Virus record (IMG/VR): IMGVR_UViG_3300006802_016159
Source of the DNA: an uncultured virus (IMG/VR IMGVR_UViG_3300006802_016159)
Taxonomy: Duplodnaviria > Heunggongvirae > Uroviricota > Caudoviricetes
DNA: 64,000 bases
Reading direction: 5' to 3' (one strand)
Shown here in pieces: positions 11,338 to 20,182 of this stretch. The notes below the pieces were generated by a model. That model was not told where the DNA came from and did not search any database. It was given only the letters and a program-made list of their open reading frames with translations. Position 1 is the stretch's first letter. The number at the start of each line of letters is the position of its first letter. The position numbers and the translations under genes were made by a program.

Positions 11338-12506
11338 GAAGTTTTAATGATCTTTTGGAACTGGAAGTCCTCAAAGAAATCACTAGGAATCTCATCCAAA
11401 TCCTGATACTCGGGGAGCTTGGCCCCTTTGTTTTGATCCATCTTCAATCTGTTGTAGTAAACGTGTTCACCTTTCAGATATGTTTTGTTGGATTTGAATT
11501 TTAATGAATTTTTAGGCATTGCGAGGATCTTCTTTTTGTCCTCGTCGTCAATTTCAGGAAGCTTGCCGATCATCCCAATGTCATAATAATGAGACTTTAG
11601 CTCATCAAGTTTATCTTGAGGAAGATTGGAAATCAAGTTAATACTAACCCCAAGGCTAATAGCGTCTCGAACAAACTTGACTCCCGATTCATCCTCAACC
11701 ATGAAGAACAGCATTCCAATTTGCTTCTTGTATTTTTTTAGAAGTTCCAAGGAGATTGGTTTTTTTGTTATAACAGCAACGTTACATCTTTGCATGACGG
11801 CTTCCAAAAATTTCTCGTCATGATTTAAATCCATGCGAACCTCCATTCCATTGGCGACTTTCATTTTAGCCTGATCAGATGGACAAATATTGGTAAATAT
11901 GGCTGTATTAGAATATTGCTTACCAACAAAGACAGTTTCATAATTGATATTGTGTTTAATACCAAGCAAGTCAAGGATTGCCGCTGAGACTTTTTCACTC
12001 TTAATTGTATTGACCGCTTTTGGGTTCTCTTCAAATGCAAAAGATGGCTTCTTCTTTGAGAAATCTGGAGAGAATAGAATTTGCTTGTCTTTATCTCCCC
12101 AGACAGGACCACAGTTTTGAACGTAGCCATTACTATACAGGCTAACCAATGGAACGTCGTAAGCACTCGCCATGTGTGTTCCAAAACTATCAACTCCAAC
12201 ATGAAGCATAGCTCTATTAATCAGATAAGCAGCCTGTGGGAGAGCGGTTAGTCCTTGAAGGTGGACAGGACCAATGAATCTATGCTCGTCCTTAGCGCCG
12301 ATCTGAACGATGCGGATATTATTCTCTGTCAAATATGGAGCGATGTCATCCAAAACATCCTGCCAGTAATCGTAGTTCTTGGCGGGCTTTGAAATAGGTT
12401 GAAAGGTGATATACCTATCAAAAGGCAAAGGAAAAAACTTCTGATAAACAAAAGGCTTATCAATCTTTGCTCCTGTGTTTAATGCGTATCTATCTAGGAA
12501 GTGCAT
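11334..12506 (-). CDS. GT9 (heptosyltransferase-like) C-terminal domain plus unknown C-terminal domain
   Basis: KNYDYW...IVQIG...LQGLTALPQAAYLINRAMLHVGVDSFGTHMASAYDVPLVSLY matches the GT9 DSG/H motif region. Confidence 0.75.
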   Translation of the reverse strand: MHFLDRYALNTGAKIDKPFVYQKFFPLPFDRYITFQPISKPAKNYDYWQDVLDDIAPYLTENNIRIVQIGAKDEHRFIGPVHLQGLTALPQAAYLINRAMLHVGVDSFGTHMASAYDVPLVSLYSNGYVQNCGPVWGDKDKQILFSPDFSKKKPSFAFEENPKAVNTIKSEKVSAAILDLLGIKHNINYETVFVGKQYSNTAIFTNICPSDQAKMKVANGMEVRMDLNHDEKFLEAVMQRCNVAVITKKPISLELLKKYKKQIGMLFFMVEDESGVKFVRDAISLGVSINLISNLPQDKLDELKSHYYDIGMIGKLPEIDDEDKKKILAMPKNSLKFKSNKTYLKGEHVYYNRLKMDQNKGAKLPEYQDLDEIPSDFFEDFQFQKIIKTS

Positions 12507-14410
12507 GTCTTAGTGTTGTATGAAATCTTATCTTTGCCGTTGTGTTGGTAATCGAACATCTTCTGTGTGCCGAGGTAAGGAAGGAACGCGATTTCGAAAT
12601 AGCCTTCGTGATCTCCATTACCCTCAAGCCAAAGAAGATTGTTCATATTCTCATTGAATAGAATTGTTTTGTGAACGTGTGGGTTGCCATCTAGCAGATC
12701 AAAATTACCTTGCTTGGTAGCAACATACAAATTGTAGTCTGGATACATCTCTTTGATAGACTTGAACAAAGAGGTAGAAAGAAATACATCTCCAATAGCA
12801 TCAGGCATGACGTAAACGATTCTTTTACCTTTATCATCCTTGTCTAGAATATCTTCAAACGTGACTGTTTTTGCTTGCTCGTTTTCTTTGAGCGCGACTT
12901 GACGGAAATACTCAAGGATCTTGTCTCGGGTCATCCCTTTTTTCATTTCCCCTGTCCAGTACTTGAAACCATCTTCTTCCTCGTCAACATCCATTCGAAG
13001 GATATGTTTGTAGATATGAATCAACCACTGTGCATCGTCCTTGATCTCAGGAACCTCATAGAATGGTTGACGCTGCTCTTCCTTGTTGACAAAATCATAT
13101 TCGGTTTCTGGAAGACTATCAAGGTAATCTTCAAAATACTTACCAATGACCTTAATTGAGAAATTATCGAGAACCCACTGCCTCGCCTTCTGGCCCATCT
13201 CCCTCTTCTTATTGTCTTTCATCTCGTAAACCTTTTTCAGGTTCTTGGCGATGGAGCTATGGCTTGTGGAGGCTTTAATGAATTGGGTTCCCGGCTCACG
13301 GTACTCTGTCCAATCCAGAGATAACGAGCAAGCTTCTGGCTCACACATTTCCTCACCACATGAGTAGTTGGTAACAAGAGTAATAAGCTCTGTCAGCTTG
13401 GCTTCCTGAATAGGAATCTCTTGTCCACCAGAGGTAAATGGGTGACAATACACATCCATTAAATTGTAAATCTCATTAAGTTGTTCTTCGCTGACGCCAG
13501 CACCGGGCTGTGTTGTGATTTGAGCCTTCTCATCTCCACAATGCTCGCATTTAACATCCTGACCCTCAAAAGGTTTTACGTTATAACCCATGCAGTTGCG
13601 ACAAACATGAGTAGTAAGGATTTCCTTTTTGTCAATTTGATGTTCTTCGGCAAGACGATGAATATCCCAGCCCTCTCCAAAATGAGTATGAAGAAGAAGC
13701 TTGGCCTTTACTTGGGGATTCTGTCTTTGAAATTCCTTGTAACCTTTGAGTAGGTTAGGGACAGATTTGCGGAGTTGATTCCTAAATACAAAACCAACAA
13801 CATAATCATCAGAGTCAATTCCATTGTCTCTCCTTAATTTTCTTCTTTCAAAATCAGAAAGTCTTTTGAATTTACTGTCGTCAATGGTTCCATGAACTGT
13901 TTTAACGTGCTTGTGGCCTAGCTCATGTAGGGCGTCGGTCGCAAAGGAACTCCATACCCAGAAGTTTTCTGTCTTCTTGGCCGCTGAAATAGCAGAAGGT
14001 AGAATAGGCATGGAGTCCAATGTAGTCCAGATCACCGAATTGATCTTTTTGAACCACTTGCGACCCACAGCGAAATCAACGCCCCAGATGTCCTGCGCTG
14101 CAATGTAAACGTCTGGCTTCTCATCGAAGATAACGTTATCCAAGCGGTGTGACCCATAACTTGCTGCCCGTGCAACTTGAGGGTCTTTGTTCAGTTCGTT
14201 TAGCTCCGCTGGATTACTTGGCAGACAACCGATGGACCTCCAAGGTGTTCGGCCTAACTCGGGGTGGTTTTCCTGAATACCGCAGCAATAATTGACAATG
14301 TCATACTTGCCAGTATTGTGTAAATATTCTAGAAGAGCCTTGCAGTTACGGCCAAAACCCGTTTTAGCCAAAGCCCAGTCAGACTGAAAGACGACTTTCT
14401 TTTTTTTCAT
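12494..14410 (-). CDS. multidomain glycosyltransferase: GT4 + CxxC zinc-finger insert + DUF4214-like helical domain + GT9 N-terminal domain
   Basis: TGFGR, FRNQLRK and YNLMDVYCHPFTSGGQEIPIQEA (GT4). CRNC/CEHC. EGFKYW...GMTRDKILEYF. AIGDVFLSTSLFKSIKEMYPD...NPHV (GT9 N-lobe). Confidence 0.75.
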   Translation of the reverse strand: MKKKKVVFQSDWALAKTGFGRNCKALLEYLHNTGKYDIVNYCCGIQENHPELGRTPWRSIGCLPSNPAELNELNKDPQVARAASYGSHRLDNVIFDEKPDVYIAAQDIWGVDFAVGRKWFKKINSVIWTTLDSMPILPSAISAAKKTENFWVWSSFATDALHELGHKHVKTVHGTIDDSKFKRLSDFERRKLRRDNGIDSDDYVVGFVFRNQLRKSVPNLLKGYKEFQRQNPQVKAKLLLHTHFGEGWDIHRLAEEHQIDKKEILTTHVCRNCMGYNVKPFEGQDVKCEHCGDEKAQITTQPGAGVSEEQLNEIYNLMDVYCHPFTSGGQEIPIQEAKLTELITLVTNYSCGEEMCEPEACSLSLDWTEYREPGTQFIKASTSHSSIAKNLKKVYEMKDNKKREMGQKARQWVLDNFSIKVIGKYFEDYLDSLPETEYDFVNKEEQRQPFYEVPEIKDDAQWLIHIYKHILRMDVDEEEDGFKYWTGEMKKGMTRDKILEYFRQVALKENEQAKTVTFEDILDKDDKGKRIVYVMPDAIGDVFLSTSLFKSIKEMYPDYNLYVATKQGNFDLLDGNPHVHKTILFNENMNNLLWLEGNGDHEGYFEIAFLPYLGTQKMFDYQHNGKDKISYNTKTCTS

Positions 14411-14988
14411 TAAAATACAGGATTAGACCCAGCGTTTTCCTCAGATGTAGTCTCTTCTTGAGAGTCGTTCAACTTGGTACGAGCCGCCTTCTTTGCAGAA
14501 AGCTTCTTGTATTCCTCGGGGTCACGATACCTCAAAAGATCATTCAATCCAATAACGATATACTCCTTCAAAAGACGAACCTCTGCTGGGGTAAAACCAA
14601 GCAAGAAACTAGCTTTGCCTGCGGGAGTAGTGTCCTCTTTGTTTGTCTTGTTAACGTTCAAAGAATAGCCAATCTGCTTTCCGTCCCTTACGTAGGGCCT
14701 GAAGCTCACCTGAGTCTTGAATTTGGAGTTTGGAGCGTCGTGATACGCCTTGAATTCCTCATTTTTGTCAATGGCATCCAAGATTCCACAGACCTCAGTG
14801 GTGCTGAATTTGGTGACCACCCTCTTCTGTGGGTTGTCTTTGCTAGCTTTGAATGAACCAGACCTAGTCGCTGCGTTCCAAGAATGCTGTTTCAAAATCT
14901 CAATAAAAAATGCTTTTTCTCCATGAGCGTACCATACTTGACAGGCAGACCCACTATTTTTTGGTGTTGGTTTATAAATATTAATCAT
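14410..14988 (-). CDS. putative ssDNA-binding protein (PC4/Whirly-like duplicated fold)
   Basis: Two strand-rich units each ending in F-x-x-x-E helix (KFSTTEV, GFTPAEV), with an acidic tail ending in F. Confidence 0.35.
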   Translation of the reverse strand: MINIYKPTPKNSGSACQVWYAHGEKAFFIEILKQHSWNAATRSGSFKASKDNPQKRVVTKFSTTEVCGILDAIDKNEEFKAYHDAPNSKFKTQVSFRPYVRDGKQIGYSLNVNKTNKEDTTPAGKASFLLGFTPAEVRLLKEYIVIGLNDLLRYRDPEEYKKLSAKKAARTKLNDSQEETTSEENAGSNPVF

Positions 14989-15032
14989 TTTCGTGTAATA
15001 TAATATGTTCGGACTAAGGTTTTTGAATTAAA

Positions 15033-18000
15033 ATGAAATTGCTTACAGGAGATCAGGAAGTCATATACGATGATTCAATTTTGGATCATTTGTTTACTGG
15101 CGTTGTGCGTACTAGAGTCGATGAGGAAAAAGAGGAGATAATCAACATCTCCAACAATCTAACTTCTTTCTCAAAAGACTTTGATGCCTACCTGCCAGAT
15201 GGCAATCCTAACTCTACAAGTCCTTCATTCAATAATTCAAAGATCAAAGCTTTCGGTGACTATGTAAAGCCCACTTCAGCGACCAATTTATTGACGAATC
15301 GGTATACGGGAATATTCAGATATAATGTCAATCCAAGCCTTTATGATACATGTCGCGGACAGTCAAACGTTTTCACTTTGAAGACGGGCGGAAAGAACTA
15401 TTACCACGCATTTCATCAGATGGGATATTTCGCGCCGCCATTTGGTGAGGTTATTTCTCTGACTGAAAAATCAAGCGACGGACTGGAGAAGGAGGTTGGT
15501 TCTTGCGCTACGATGAGCGTGGAAGAATACAACCGTATGCATGGTCTTGTGTCAGCTAATGTCAATAACAGCACAAACCTTGATCCCATCAACGTCGAGA
15601 GCAATCCTATCAATTCCAAAATTGGCGCGGTCAACGCTCCATACGAGGAATGTCCACCCGACAATCCATCTTTGTTTTACTTTGAAGAGGTTAATTTTGA
15701 ATATGCTGGTGGAACTTATGCTGGTGGTTCTGTAGGGAATCCATACAATCATAATCCCGTCCCAACTGCGCTTGATTTTTCTGAGATGAAATTGACATCT
15801 CGTTATAGAATTACAAAACCAGATCAGAATGGCCCCCTTAGAATTACTGGCGTACCAGAAGGTAGCGAGATTACTAACCCGGCCAATTATGGAACTGGTG
15901 AGGCTGGGGGAATTGAAGGAATTAATAATGATTTACAGCTAAATAATAAGCTCTCATATCATGGGTTATGTAATGCTGCGAGCTTGGAGCAGAACATGGC
16001 AAACCACCTTTACAAAGGAGGCTCCCTAGATTTGATTGAGTATGATCCTGCTGGGCCACTAAATGCCGCGAGCGTATCTCCTACTTTTAATTATCGTGAT
16101 TTTGAGTATTGGGATTTCACATACAGAGAGAACCAAGACTATCTTCCATTCGCGACCAGCTTTCGTGCATATGAAACAGATGGAAGTATTAACCCTCGTA
16201 TATCTTCGCGAGGAACGCAGCTACTTAATTCAAATAAAGCCGACTACGAATACTGGTGGGAGAACAGACAATGTCCCGAGGTTGTAGATTTCTTGCCTTG
16301 GACCTATGGTGCTACGATTTATGATTGTCCTCGTGACTACTTTGAAGTTCCTTACTATGCTACCAAAGGTAAATTTGGTTATTATGGAACTCGATTCTAT
16401 GTGACTTGTAAAACTCCTGCTCGTACAAAGTCTTATGATGTGAGTGGATTGAAAAGCGGAATCCCTACTTATGAGGTTCCTTACCCCTTAAATAGCTTAT
16501 CCTCAGAAGCTCAATGGGAGGGTGCGGTCAATGTTGACAAGGGCGGCGCGATAACTAATTACTATTTCAATGGACTGTTAGCTGTGGCTGATAGAGAACA
16601 AAAATATGCTGAATGGATGGCGACAACCAAAGCGGTTCCATTTTGGGTTAACGGAGGCATCTTAGAGACTGATCCAGATTATGTAACCTTGGCTTATAAT
16701 AATCCTAAATGGGTTCACTATTACAATGCATTCAAAGAAACATACAGTGGTGCGTTGGGCGGCATTTCTAATTTCTTGTCTGGCTTTGATGATCCATTCA
16801 TTAGAACCAGCGGTGCAGCGTTCGAAGAGGATTACACCTATTACATTACTGGACAAGTTACTGGCTCCTATGCTAGGCTAACAGATAGATACTGGAACGA
16901 GTTCATGAATAATAGCAGACGTGAACTTGATCCTACTTGGATGCAGAAACTTGACAATCTAGTAGCCAATTACGGTTATTACTTTAAAGATCCCCAGAAT
17001 ACCAGCAATGTCTGGCACGACGCCTATAACACAGGAATTTCTGGACGAGAGGAGAGAATCAGAACCCGCTACTTATTGAACATCGCACAAGGTAATCCTG
17101 TTGACTTATTTCCAACGAATCATATCTACTTCTCTTTTGACAATCCAGAAGAATACAACTTGTCAAATAAATGGGGAAGAAAAGAACTTGGAACTATCAG
17201 CACCCCTTCTGTCAATGGGGGTATGGACCTACCAGAAATCAACAGAAGATACTTTGAAGGAACCTTTACAAACTATGGTAGCCTGAGCGGACTTCAGGAT
17301 CAGATTGACGCTCTTGAATCTGCTGATACTGGTGTATTTAATAGTCCATTCATGATTGGCAACTATTATAAGAATCTCCACTGTGCGAAAGACGAACCAG
17401 CAAAGTCATTCCAAAGCGTTACAAATGGTCAATTTAGAGATACTCAAAATCCTACTCAAATTGGAACTGTTAATGGCTGGCTTGGTGTTGGCTACAATGA
17501 AATTGGTAAAATTGATAACAATTTCTCATGTTTTACTCCTATTTTTATTCAGCAACCAAAGAATGTTTACTGTAAACTTGGTCAGCAGCCAACAATGAGA
17601 GCATTAGCTCTTGATTATCACACGCTGCCAGAAGACAAAATTGAAACCAAATATCCAGAGGTCTTTTACTGGGCGCAACAATTGAAGTTGGTTGATACTG
17701 ATAATAATTTACTATACCCTATGCACTATAAATGGTTTAGGGTTCCTGTTACTCATTACGAAGAGGTAATGAAGGGCGACTATACAATTCCTCAAATCGA
17801 ATGGGCTTCCACTGAAGGTGACTGGGGATGTTTAGAAGGAGATGACAGCGCGGATTGTACGTTCATCCATCCAGACGAATGTCTTGGGCCGGGCCTTGGG
17901 CAAGATGGATATATTGACTCAAACGCTTCATCATACATGTTCTTACAAGGAGTTAAAGACAATGACGCTTCTTCTTATGTTTATTTCTGTATGGCTTCTG

Positions 18001-20153
18001 GACGCTTTGGTATCCGTAATAGTGACCCTTTCATCATTGAAGCCGATAAATTTGTTTCAATCAATCTTTCGTATATCAACGGAGGAGGAGCGCAAGGAAG
18101 TTCAGTCGAACCAACCGTCTCATTCGTCGCAAGCACAGTCAACGGAGACGAGACAATCTCATTTGAAAAGGTTCCATCGTCCGTGCCTACTTTATCACAA
18201 CCATTCCAAGGGGTACAGCCTTCCAGAACTCCATACGAAGAAACCCTTAAAAAGAAAAGATACATGAGAGTCGGTGGTGGTCAGAACGTGGCTACTGCTT
18301 TTGGTGGTTCTTGGATTTATCATTCTACTACTCGTTCATACGCTCCAGAAACCATTGATGATCCCCGTGGTCTTGAAGCTACCAATGCTAGACCAATTGA
18401 GTTCGGGACACTGTTTGAATATCGTGCTACACTTGATAACGCCAAAGGGTCTTACTTGTATGGATACAAACATCTTCCTGTGTGTAGAGATGGGAGAATG
18501 CAAGACGGAGAAAAGGGCGTTCGTCTTGATGTAAAGGTAAATGGCGACGTGGTTAAACATCCTCGTGTTGATGACGTAGCTCAGCTTGGCATGACTAATC
18601 CTCCCGCTCCTTCTCGTGTTTCAGCGGCAGGATATATCTCAAAAGTTCCAAATATAGGACACCCCGGCCAGCTTTATGGATTCTACGAAGGCTTCACTTC
18701 TATTGGTGTTACGTCCACATGGCAAATGCACCAGAACATGGGTGCAGTTAAAAGATTTGGTAGAAGCTCAGAGTATAACGATGGCAACGGGCCAGACTTC
18801 ATTTACGTCAATGACATTTCAGCGACAGATCAACAAGCTTCATTAGATGCCTTTAACTACGTCAAAGATGTTATCGTTACTGATTCAACTCTTGCAGGTT
18901 CTAATTGTGGTTACTTGGAAAATAGCTTGGGTAGACACATGCTTTATTATGTTGAAGCATTTGACAGGTTCTATAATTTCTGTGACTCAAAGGCCAAATT
19001 TAATTCGCGTAACCCAGCGTTCGTTGCCCCCGGTTTGAGACTTGGAGATGCTCCATTCCAATACACTTGGATCGGTCAGCCATCTGATACCTATTTGAAG
19101 CGTTTCGCAATGTATGGCCCATACGCATATCAATGGAAAGTCATGAGACACAATAGAGATAGGTTGGGCAACGGTATCTCTGAGGGCTTCTATTCTATGG
19201 GTTGGAAAGAGAAATATAGCTTGATGTATGATGCCCCTGCAATTTATGGTTTGTATCTTAGAGAGGATTCTAGTGACACAAGACAGAGGGCAATTGATAC
19301 TCTTCATCGATTGAGGGGTCATGCATTTCCTAACGAACCATTTGCTGGAATGCAATTCTTGGGTCGTAGAGGCGGTAGAGCAGAGGGTTATGGCTATGGT
19401 GACATCCGAATTAACTGTGAAGATTATGGTGGAATTCAATCTACTATTCTTGAGGCTCGAAATAATGACCCAATCACATCTAGCGGCCCAAGCAGTTTCT
19501 CAGCTATCTGTGCGTACTATCAATATGCTGCCAGCGCCAATCTGTTTGACTTTACTGAATACTTCTGTGACCTGAAGAATATTAAAGATGGTGAATGTTT
19601 TGATCCTTGCTTGTCTATGCGTTACAGTCATGGATTTATGCCGGGTGGAAAACTGATTGGTCACTTGAGCGCGGGTAAAAAGGAGGGTGCGTCTGGCCCT
19701 CTTGTCAGTTACAAGATTACCCATCAGGGAAGGGACATCGGAGACGGTACAATTGAAGCTGTTCAAACTACCCTTGAGGATTTCAGTGACGACTATACAC
19801 TTGTGGAGAACGAGAACTCATTTGGTGATGTCGTATCCAAAATCAAACTTCGTGGGCCAGCAAGCACAAGGTATGCAAGGCAAATAATTGAGGGTGAAGC
19901 CGAAGTTGCCACCCCATTCCCTACAAAATTGCAAGAAAATAGTGCTGAAAATCAAAAATTTGAGGATCTAGCTTACAATGTAGGCTTGGTTTCTAGTAGA
20001 CTTGAGTGGAGTATCAGTCCTCGTGAGCCGGGAGGAGCAGATCATTGCAATTATCTTACTCCTATCGTCCATGTTGGAGGAAATTACTCTCCAAGAACCA
20101 ATATTAATGCATTTCATTCGCATGTTGCTAGCACATCGAGTTCTTTGTCTTAA
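15033..20153 (+). CDS. very large putative virion protein with immunoglobulin-like domain, 1706 aa
   Basis: PIFIQQP...G...YKWFR...YFCMASGRFG Ig signature. Rich in Cys/Tyr/Gly. Confidence 0.55.
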   Translation: MKLLTGDQEVIYDDSILDHLFTGVVRTRVDEEKEEIINISNNLTSFSKDFDAYLPDGNPNSTSPSFNNSKIKAFGDYVKPTSATNLLTNRYTGIFRYNVNPSLYDTCRGQSNVFTLKTGGKNYYHAFHQMGYFAPPFGEVISLTEKSSDGLEKEVGSCATMSVEEYNRMHGLVSANVNNSTNLDPINVESNPINSKIGAVNAPYEECPPDNPSLFYFEEVNFEYAGGTYAGGSVGNPYNHNPVPTALDFSEMKLTSRYRITKPDQNGPLRITGVPEGSEITNPANYGTGEAGGIEGINNDLQLNNKLSYHGLCNAASLEQNMANHLYKGGSLDLIEYDPAGPLNAASVSPTFNYRDFEYWDFTYRENQDYLPFATSFRAYETDGSINPRISSRGTQLLNSNKADYEYWWENRQCPEVVDFLPWTYGATIYDCPRDYFEVPYYATKGKFGYYGTRFYVTCKTPARTKSYDVSGLKSGIPTYEVPYPLNSLSSEAQWEGAVNVDKGGAITNYYFNGLLAVADREQKYAEWMATTKAVPFWVNGGILETDPDYVTLAYNNPKWVHYYNAFKETYSGALGGISNFLSGFDDPFIRTSGAAFEEDYTYYITGQVTGSYARLTDRYWNEFMNNSRRELDPTWMQKLDNLVANYGYYFKDPQNTSNVWHDAYNTGISGREERIRTRYLLNIAQGNPVDLFPTNHIYFSFDNPEEYNLSNKWGRKELGTISTPSVNGGMDLPEINRRYFEGTFTNYGSLSGLQDQIDALESADTGVFNSPFMIGNYYKNLHCAKDEPAKSFQSVTNGQFRDTQNPTQIGTVNGWLGVGYNEIGKIDNNFSCFTPIFIQQPKNVYCKLGQQPTMRALALDYHTLPEDKIETKYPEVFYWAQQLKLVDTDNNLLYPMHYKWFRVPVTHYEEVMKGDYTIPQIEWASTEGDWGCLEGDDSADCTFIHPDECLGPGLGQDGYIDSNASSYMFLQGVKDNDASSYVYFCMASGRFGIRNSDPFIIEADKFVSINLSYINGGGAQGSSVEPTVSFVASTVNGDETISFEKVPSSVPTLSQPFQGVQPSRTPYEETLKKKRYMRVGGGQNVATAFGGSWIYHSTTRSYAPETIDDPRGLEATNARPIEFGTLFEYRATLDNAKGSYLYGYKHLPVCRDGRMQDGEKGVRLDVKVNGDVVKHPRVDDVAQLGMTNPPAPSRVSAAGYISKVPNIGHPGQLYGFYEGFTSIGVTSTWQMHQNMGAVKRFGRSSEYNDGNGPDFIYVNDISATDQQASLDAFNYVKDVIVTDSTLAGSNCGYLENSLGRHMLYYVEAFDRFYNFCDSKAKFNSRNPAFVAPGLRLGDAPFQYTWIGQPSDTYLKRFAMYGPYAYQWKVMRHNRDRLGNGISEGFYSMGWKEKYSLMYDAPAIYGLYLREDSSDTRQRAIDTLHRLRGHAFPNEPFAGMQFLGRRGGRAEGYGYGDIRINCEDYGGIQSTILEARNNDPITSSGPSSFSAICAYYQYAASANLFDFTEYFCDLKNIKDGECFDPCLSMRYSHGFMPGGKLIGHLSAGKKEGASGPLVSYKITHQGRDIGDGTIEAVQTTLEDFSDDYTLVENENSFGDVVSKIKLRGPASTRYARQIIEGEAEVATPFPTKLQENSAENQKFEDLAYNVGLVSSRLEWSISPREPGGADHCNYLTPIVHVGGNYSPRTNINAFHSHVASTSSSLS

Positions 20154-20182
20154 TTTTTAGGGCGTCTTACATATAATAAACG

